DNA from: a bacterium
Lineage (GTDB): Bacteria > Patescibacteriota > Minisyncoccia > Phycocordibacterales > SBAW01
DNA: 54,469 nucleotides
Direction of reading: 5' to 3'
Assembly (NCBI GenBank): GCA_005239955.1
Contig: SBAW01000040.1
Span: forward strand, 1-54,469
Part shown: piece after piece, positions 48,736 to 54,469 of the stretch
Layout of the letters: each line of letters starts with the position of its first letter
How positions within the stretch are numbered: position 1 is the first letter of the stretch
The notes under the pieces: model-generated
Database searches by the model: none
Told to the model about the DNA's origin: nothing
What the model saw: the letters and a program-made list of their open reading frames with translations, nothing else
Translations under genes and position numbers: made by a program

Positions 48736-50652
48736 TTACCGAATTTCGTACCCTTTTTCCGTGAGCGCTTTGGTCACCTCCTCCATGATTTTTCCCACTT
48801 CAACGTCAGTGAGGGTGCGCTCCATGGACTGAAAGACGAGGCGAAAGGCATAGGATGTTTTCTCCCCCTTTTTAAATTCATCAAAAAGTCGCAGGCGCGC
48901 CAGGAGTGGTCCGACATGTTCTTTTATTACTGTCTCTGCTTCTTCTTTCGATCCACTGCCCGTTGGCGTAAACATGGCAATGTCACGAAGGACAAAGGGG
49001 TATGGCGAGAATGGACGGTACGCGGTGAGTGGGTGGAGCTCGGCAACGGAATGAGTTGTTGGCGCAGGAAGACGGTCAATGATCTCTCCGATGTTGAGTT
49101 CAACCACATCGTCGGTTCCTTCTGTCACAATACAATCAGCGCACGAGGAGAGTGGTAGTCCCAGGTTATCAACAAGAAGCTGGAGCATGTGTTGCATCAC
49201 CTCTTTTTTGTCTTTGCGACCGTCAACCAGCCATGCCAGGTGGTAGGCCTCTTTTTCTTTTTTAAAGACCGTCCCGATTTCATACATTTGTACTTCGGAG
49301 AGACCGAGGAGATCGGCGTTATAACGATTTTGCTTCAATGATTCGAGCAGATTTTCTCTGAGCGAACTGCGCAGGCACTCCCTATCGCTCGCGACCGATT
49401 TGACGAGGCGCACCCCCCCCTTTCTCGCGAAGCTCGTCGTTATAACTTCAGAATATCCTCCGTGCTCAAAAAGGTGACGGATCTTTTCCGCGTAGTAGAA
49501 GCGTTTGCTGATGTCTTCTTCCGTGAGTGGATCCGGTACCACCGGCGTCACATGCTCGTAGCCAAAGAGTCGCCCCACTTCAGCGACCATATCTTCAGGA
49601 ATTTTCAGATCAAGCCGCTCTTGCGGTACGCTAATAGCAAACACGTCGCCTTTCTTTTGAAACGAGAGCGCGAGGCGTGTTAACAATTTCTCCACCTCCT
49701 TCGAAGTTAACGCAATACCGAGCTTGTTATTTATGAGCGCGGGAGTCACTTCTATGCGATGTGCACCCTGGGGCAATGGATATTCATCGGCAAATCCCAC
49801 CAATGTTCCACCGGCAAGGTCGATAATGAGTTTCGCTGCTTCTTGTATCCCCCAGGCCGTAAGTTCCGGCGAGAGTTCGTGTTCAAAGCGCACCGACGCG
49901 TCGGTGCGGAGTTTGAGACGGGTGCTCGTTTTCCTTATCGGCACGTGGGCAAAATTTGCCGATTCGATGATGATATCTTTTGTCTTGTTGTTTATTTCTG
50001 CCGCCTTGCCACCCTTAATACCCGCAATGCCAACCGGATGGTCACGATGGCCGTTAATAATCAGCGAATCTGTCGGGGTGAGCTCGTAGGACTTCCCATC
50101 AAGCGTTTCAATCTTCTCCCCACTCTTTGCAGCGCGCACCCCAAGCATGTAGTGGCCGTCCTTCTCGGAGAGCTTGCCGGCGTCAAAGGCGTGGAGGGGC
50201 TGTCCCATATCGAACATCACGAAGTTTGTTGCATCAACGATGTTATTAATGGGCTTCTGCCCGATGGTCTGGAGGAGCTCCTGGAGCCACTGGGGCGAGG
50301 GCCCCACCTTTACGCCCTCAATGAGCGCAGCGCTGTAGCGGGGTGAAAGTGTGCGATCGTCGATCCACACCTTGAGCTTGTCGGTTGTTGGCGTCAGATC
50401 CGTGGGCTCAGCAAGCGGGTCATGCAAGAGCGGAATCTCAAAAATGGCGCTTATTTCTTTTGCGATGCCGCGATGCGAAAAGCAGTCGTGTGCGCGATCC
50501 GGAAGCACTTTAACATCGAGCACGGTGTCTCCCGCTATTTTTTCAATGCCGTCAATCTCAAAAGCATGAAACGTGAGTGCCTCGGCGAGCTCCTCCGGTT
50601 TCGGAAGTTTTTTATCGAAATATCTCTGCAGCCACTGGTAACTGACTTTCAT
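48736..50652 (-). CDS. pheT: Phenylalanine--tRNA ligase beta subunit (short, 638 aa)
   Basis: MKVSYQWLQRYF N-terminus, B3/4-like core (NNIVDATNFVMFDMGQPLHAFD) and a C-terminal PFVLRDIAMF. Confidence 0.9.
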   Translation of the reverse strand: MKVSYQWLQRYFDKKLPKPEELAEALTFHAFEIDGIEKIAGDTVLDVKVLPDRAHDCFSHRGIAKEISAIFEIPLLHDPLAEPTDLTPTTDKLKVWIDDRTLSPRYSAALIEGVKVGPSPQWLQELLQTIGQKPINNIVDATNFVMFDMGQPLHAFDAGKLSEKDGHYMLGVRAAKSGEKIETLDGKSYELTPTDSLIINGHRDHPVGIAGIKGGKAAEINNKTKDIIIESANFAHVPIRKTSTRLKLRTDASVRFEHELSPELTAWGIQEAAKLIIDLAGGTLVGFADEYPLPQGAHRIEVTPALINNKLGIALTSKEVEKLLTRLALSFQKKGDVFAISVPQERLDLKIPEDMVAEVGRLFGYEHVTPVVPDPLTEEDISKRFYYAEKIRHLFEHGGYSEVITTSFARKGGVRLVKSVASDRECLRSSLRENLLESLKQNRYNADLLGLSEVQMYEIGTVFKKEKEAYHLAWLVDGRKDKKEVMQHMLQLLVDNLGLPLSSCADCIVTEGTDDVVELNIGEIIDRLPAPTTHSVAELHPLTAYRPFSPYPFVLRDIAMFTPTGSGSKEEAETVIKEHVGPLLARLRLFDEFKKGEKTSYAFRLVFQSMERTLTDVEVGKIMEEVTKALTEKGYEIR

Positions 50653-50656
50653 GTCA

Positions 50657-51436
50657 TTACTTTCCTGCTGTTAATTCTCCCTCACCTGGCCGTGCATAGG
50701 GCCATCGTTTTTTCTGCTCCATCGCTTCCTTCAGTGTCCCAACAAAGTTTTGGGCGGGATCAATAATAATGACCTGACCACTAGGACTCGTATAGCGAGT
50801 CCACGCATGTCCACCTTTGCGCGGAACAAATGATCGATCAACAGATATGGAGCCACGGAACTGATCTTCCTTGATAAGTCTTTCCAAGAGAAATCCCGCA
50901 AAGAGTGCCTGGTGCCGGCAGACACCTCCTCCATAATTTAAATACGCTGCAAGGGCGACCTTATCGCTCCGTCCTACTGCCGCCTCAACTTTTTTTACCA
51001 ACGGAAGATCGTAGGGGAGACGCTTGCGAACATAGTCATAAACCGTCTGGATAGTGGATCCTCCCTTTCCGGTAAAACGTGAGAAGAGTTTTTGTCGTTT
51101 GAGGATTCGCTGTAGTTGCGCATAGGCAGCCTTAAGCTCCGGCTGCTTCTCACTATCCACGACAATAGCTTCCCCATGAGGAGTTGTATTCACTCCTCCG
51201 GTGACCGTTAGATACACTCCGCCGTCAATAGGCATATTACGCGCAATGATAGGTCGCCCGCGATGCTTGTGAGCAAGCTCCGATATAAGCTCCGGATGCT
51301 CCGCTGGATCCAGTTCTTCCATCTCCGCACCTTCCTTCCACTCCAAAAACTGATGTAGATGGCGCGTATAGTCCATATACCCTTTATCTTGCGGAGTATC
51401 CGCCGCAGGTGCGGGAATCGTATATTTCTCTGGCAT
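50657..51436 (-). CDS. Transglutaminase/papain-fold (Cys-His-Asp) protein inserted between pheS and pheT
   Basis: GGGVCRHQALFAGFLLERL (Cys), GGHAWTRY (His) and VIIIDPAQN (Asp), in the order and spacing typical of transglutaminase-like cysteine peptidases. The ATG at 51436 is 2 nt after the pheS TGA, and the stop is 4 nt before the pheT ATG. Confidence 0.7.
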   Translation of the reverse strand: MPEKYTIPAPAADTPQDKGYMDYTRHLHQFLEWKEGAEMEELDPAEHPELISELAHKHRGRPIIARNMPIDGGVYLTVTGGVNTTPHGEAIVVDSEKQPELKAAYAQLQRILKRQKLFSRFTGKGGSTIQTVYDYVRKRLPYDLPLVKKVEAAVGRSDKVALAAYLNYGGGVCRHQALFAGFLLERLIKEDQFRGSISVDRSFVPRKGGHAWTRYTSPSGQVIIIDPAQNFVGTLKEAMEQKKRWPYARPGEGELTAGK

Positions 51437-51438
51437 AT

Positions 51439-52149
51439 TCAAAACTGATTTACGAGACGAAGGTCTCCGGTATAAAAAAGCCGAATATCATCGATCCCAT
51501 GGCGAAGCATGACGAGCCGGTCAATGCCGCCGCCAAACGCAAATCCTTGATACTCTCCGGGATCAATACCGACGCCCTGTAAGACGTTCGGATGGACCAT
51601 CCCTGCTCCCATCATTTCAATCCATTTATTTTTTAGTTTTGCGGGAGCGTTTGGTGAAGTGAGGCGCATATCAACTTCAACGCCCGGTTCAACGAATGGA
51701 AAGAAGCTTGGACGAAATCGTACTTCAACATCGCCGCCGAAGAATCGCGAATAGAATTCTCCGACGACTCCCTTGAGGTGCCCGAGTGTGACATTTTTAT
51801 CAATCATGAGGCCCTCGAGCTGGTAGAATTCCGCGCCATGCGTCATGTCGGTCGCTTCGTTGCGATAGACCTTGCCCGGAACAATGATGCGAATCGGCGG
51901 CTTGTGCGCTTCCATGTAGCGAACCTGAACGGGTGAGGTGTGCGTACGCAAGACAAACCCTGGACGATCTTTGATCCAAAAGGTGTCCTGCATGTCGCGC
52001 GCCGGGTGGTCTTTGGGGACATTGAGGAGGTCGAAGTTATAGCGTTCGCTCTCGAGTTCCGGCCCTTCGGCAACCGAAAAGCTCATGTCATGAAAAATCG
52101 AGACGATGTCTCGAATGGCAATCGACAGAGGATGGGAATGTCCCGTCAT
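51439..52149 (-). CDS. pheS: Phenylalanine--tRNA ligase alpha subunit lacking the N-terminal coiled-coil (236 aa)
   Basis: Motifs HPARDMQDTFW, FRPSFFPFVEPG and GAGMVHPNVL. Confidence 0.92.
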   Translation of the reverse strand: MTGHSHPLSIAIRDIVSIFHDMSFSVAEGPELESERYNFDLLNVPKDHPARDMQDTFWIKDRPGFVLRTHTSPVQVRYMEAHKPPIRIIVPGKVYRNEATDMTHGAEFYQLEGLMIDKNVTLGHLKGVVGEFYSRFFGGDVEVRFRPSFFPFVEPGVEVDMRLTSPNAPAKLKNKWIEMMGAGMVHPNVLQGVGIDPGEYQGFAFGGGIDRLVMLRHGIDDIRLFYTGDLRLVNQF

Positions 52150-52370
52150 ATGTAAGAGTTTCCTAAAATCGTGATCCGCATTGTTGTGGGCCTCCGGGAC
52201 TCCTTCGCCTTATGCTCGATAAGGCTCTGTACGTTCCTCGCCTACGCCTCGCGTCTCATCGATTTGTAGAAAACTCTTCATTAGTGTAGGCGCAACCGCA
52301 GTATGGTGCAACGGCAAATAGCGCCATATTAAATTCATGAAAACCGTGTTAGTGTCTACCTACTTCGCGC

Positions 52371-53618
52371 ATGTTTGAAGCTTCTATAGGCGTTTATATA
52401 TTCCTTTTCTTGGCCCTCTACTTTGAGGTCTTTCTTTTGATTACATTTCTTGAGAAGAGAAAAAACCGCCCCGCGCCCGCCCTCGCGCTTACCTCCTTCC
52501 CCAGCGTTGCGCTCATAATCCCCTGCTTTAACGAAGCAAAAACCATTGAAAAAACAATTACCTCAGCGCTCGCCCTTCTGTACCCCCAAGAGAAACTTTC
52601 GATTGTGGTGGTGGATGATGGTTCGATAGACGAAACATTTGCGAAAGCGAAACGCTTCGAACACGACGGAACGAGCGGCCCTCGTGTTGTTGTCTACAGC
52701 AAACGAAACGGCGGTAAATACACGGCACTGAATTACGCGCTTCGACGCGAGGACGCAGAGATTGTGGGGTGTCTCGATGCCGACTCATGGGTAGAGCCGG
52801 GAGCGCTCAAAGAAGTTATCGCCGCCTTTAACAGAGATCCGGAGCTTATGGCCGCAACCCCCGCTATCAAAGTAAGCCGATCGCGCCGATTTCTGGAGAT
52901 TATTCAAAAGGCCGAATACGCTCTATCGATCTTCTCGCGCAAGATGTTTGGCCACATGGGCGCTCTTTTTGTGACCCCGGGACCGTTTTCCTTCTATCGA
53001 CGCGAAGTCTTTGAGCGCATTGGCCTTTTCCGCAAAGCGCACGACACTGAAGACATGGAGATGGCACTGCGGATGCAGGCAAATCATATGAAGATCGAAA
53101 ATATTCCGACGGCACATGTCTACACCACGGTGCCGTGGCGTCTTCGAACGCTCATTCGCCAACGCACACGCTGGACACGCGGATTTATTGAAAACAGCAA
53201 GGACTACGCCTACATGTACTTCAATCGCCACTACGGCACCTTGGGACTCTTCGTGCTTCCGACTGGCATCACTGCAATCTTCTCAGCGATTTATCTGGCG
53301 GGGTACTTTCTGGCCACCTTCATCGCAAAAGGAATGGACCTCTTCGTGCAAACCGAAGCCATTGGTGTCTCTGCCATGATTCCCTCAACGCCCCACCTTG
53401 AATGGTTTTTCCTCAATACGCAAACGTACATGTTTATTGTGATAACCCTCGTCATACTAACCGCGCTCGTCATCGGTATCGGAAAGAACATTGGAAACGA
53501 GAAGCCTTTTTCCCGTGACGTCCTCTTTTTCCTGTTTTTCTATGGATTTATCGCACCACTCTGGCTCTTGAATGCCGTGGCGCATGCGGCCCTTGCACGA
53601 CGCGTTTCGTGGCGTTAA
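52371..53618 (+). CDS. Family 2 glycosyltransferase, processive (PgaC/IcaA/cellulose-synthase-like) membrane enzyme
   Basis: Motifs IIPCFNE, VVDDGSID, CLDADS and QRTRWTRG (QxxRW), with TM segments at both ends. Confidence 0.9.
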   Translation: MFEASIGVYIFLFLALYFEVFLLITFLEKRKNRPAPALALTSFPSVALIIPCFNEAKTIEKTITSALALLYPQEKLSIVVVDDGSIDETFAKAKRFEHDGTSGPRVVVYSKRNGGKYTALNYALRREDAEIVGCLDADSWVEPGALKEVIAAFNRDPELMAATPAIKVSRSRRFLEIIQKAEYALSIFSRKMFGHMGALFVTPGPFSFYRREVFERIGLFRKAHDTEDMEMALRMQANHMKIENIPTAHVYTTVPWRLRTLIRQRTRWTRGFIENSKDYAYMYFNRHYGTLGLFVLPTGITAIFSAIYLAGYFLATFIAKGMDLFVQTEAIGVSAMIPSTPHLEWFFLNTQTYMFIVITLVILTALVIGIGKNIGNEKPFSRDVLFFLFFYGFIAPLWLLNAVAHAALARRVSWR

Positions 53619-53676
53619 TGAGTCAGGTTCATCAGACGGAAAAACACAAACGCACAACAGACATTAAAACCTTACT

Positions 53677-53710
53677 GTAAATCTGATATGATATATCATA
53701 TCAGATTTAC
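53677..53710. repeat. 34-bp perfect palindrome GTAAATCTGATATGATA|TATCATATCAGATTTAC (family 2, copy 2)
   Basis: 17 of 17 pairs around the centre at 53693/53694. It differs from copy 1 by a C-to-T change in one arm and the matching G-to-A change in the other. Confidence 0.95.
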
Positions 53711-53724
53711 GGATCGCTTTTTGA

Positions 53725-53753
53725 TTGCTATTTTTAGTATTGATGGGTAGGAT
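53725..53753 (+). promoter_or_regulatory. Promoter-like TTGCTA-N17-TAGGAT, 8 nt upstream of the 53762 ATG
   Basis: TTGCTAtttttagtattgatgggTAGGATggttgcgcATG. Confidence 0.45.
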
Positions 53754-53761
53754 GGTTGCGC

Positions 53762-54451
53762 ATGTCTCCCAAAATTGAGTGGCAGAAGTATTTCATCGCT
53801 TTTCTTATTACCGCCGCCATCTTTGGGACGGCCATTTACGTAAGTCGCCTCTTTGATGCACGGCGTATTGCTGATATTCAAGAGATTCAGGAAAAAATTG
53901 CGCTCGACATACTTTCCCTTGAAACTCAGCTAGACCTCCTCGCCGAACTCTCGTGCGAAGACATCGAAAAACAGACGGTGCTGACGAGCGAGCTTAACTC
54001 GCTTGCCGAGCGCCTTTCCTATGCCGAAGAAACATTGGGGGCCCAGAACGACGCAGTGCTGAATCTCAAACGCCAGTATTCCCTGCTTCAGATAAAAGAC
54101 TACTTGCTCCTTAAACGCGTGACCGAAAAATGCCAAACCAAGCCCGTCTTTATCCTCTATTTCTATTCAAACACCGGCGACTGCACCGACTGTGAGCGCG
54201 AAGGATACGTACTGACATACTTTAGACAGCAGTATCCACAACTGCGGGTCTACGCCTTTGATTACCATCTCCCCTTGCCGGCCCTCCAAACGCTCGTGAG
54301 CCTCAATAAAGTGGGCCCCAACCTTCCGGCACTTGTTATTAACGGTACGCTCTATACCGGCTACCAAGACCGCGAGGACATCGAGCGCATCCTTCCTGAA
54401 CTCGCGCAATTTGAGTCCGTAAAAGTCTCTACAAGCACTGAGGGCGAGTAA
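53762..54451 (+). CDS. Membrane-anchored thioredoxin-like protein (CTDC motif), 229 aa
   Basis: TM (YFIAFLITAAIFGTAIYV), a coiled-coil-like middle and FILYFYSNTGDCTDCEREG. The ORF track TTG is at 53756. I prefer the ATG at 53762. Confidence 0.68.
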   Translation: MSPKIEWQKYFIAFLITAAIFGTAIYVSRLFDARRIADIQEIQEKIALDILSLETQLDLLAELSCEDIEKQTVLTSELNSLAERLSYAEETLGAQNDAVLNLKRQYSLLQIKDYLLLKRVTEKCQTKPVFILYFYSNTGDCTDCEREGYVLTYFRQQYPQLRVYAFDYHLPLPALQTLVSLNKVGPNLPALVINGTLYTGYQDREDIERILPELAQFESVKVSTSTEGE

Positions 54452-54469
54452 TTGGAGCCGCCTCTCGGA

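Noticed and set aside
52150-52370. T-box riboswitch or Phe-rich leader peptide upstream of pheS
   Set aside because: There is no T-box consensus (AANNNGGGTGGTACCGCG-like), no specifier/antiterminator arrangement and no short Phe-codon-rich ORF. Only a possible long-range pairing (AAGAGTTTTC with GGAAACTCTT) was seen, which is too weak to call.

Overview
This is a 54.5-kb bacterial chromosomal window densely packed with housekeeping genes on both strands. They include class I ribonucleotide reductase (nrdA/nrdB), hisS, uppP, rpoD-dnaG, a single fused rpoB-rpoC gene, rpsP-KH-trmD, RNase R, a short SMC, RNase III, a NusB-Nudix fusion, rpmF, rnhB, dnaE, thrS, gyrB, pheS/pheT and a GT2 glycosyltransferase. 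I recognised no rRNA, tRNA, CRISPR array, transposase or integrase. The standard genetic code fits, since TGA is used as a stop. Several proteins are domain-trimmed or fused, which resembles reduced-genome (CPR/Patescibacteria-like) bacteria; that placement is inference only.

The most interesting observations are these:
1. Two different gene-expression grammars occur side by side. Core genes mostly have a -10-like hexamer 6-8 nt upstream of the start codon and no Shine-Dalgarno, so they appear leaderless. Five islets of small or accessory genes, four of them visibly GC-richer than the core, instead have sigma70-type promoters, leaders with strong GGAGG and mostly GC-rich hairpin terminators.
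2. There are two families of long AT-rich near-perfect palindromes. One family brackets a PaaX/Cas2-fold-like regulator gene next to a cell-surface locus (Gly-Asp repeat protein, sortase, CARDB protein).
3. A transglutaminase/papain-fold gene is inserted between pheS and pheT.
4. A TruB-like protein has its catalytic Asp replaced.
5. Tandem heptamer arrays and several candidate structured RNAs lie in intergenic spacers.

All calls come from reading the sequence and ORF track by eye. No database search, folding or GC computation was run.
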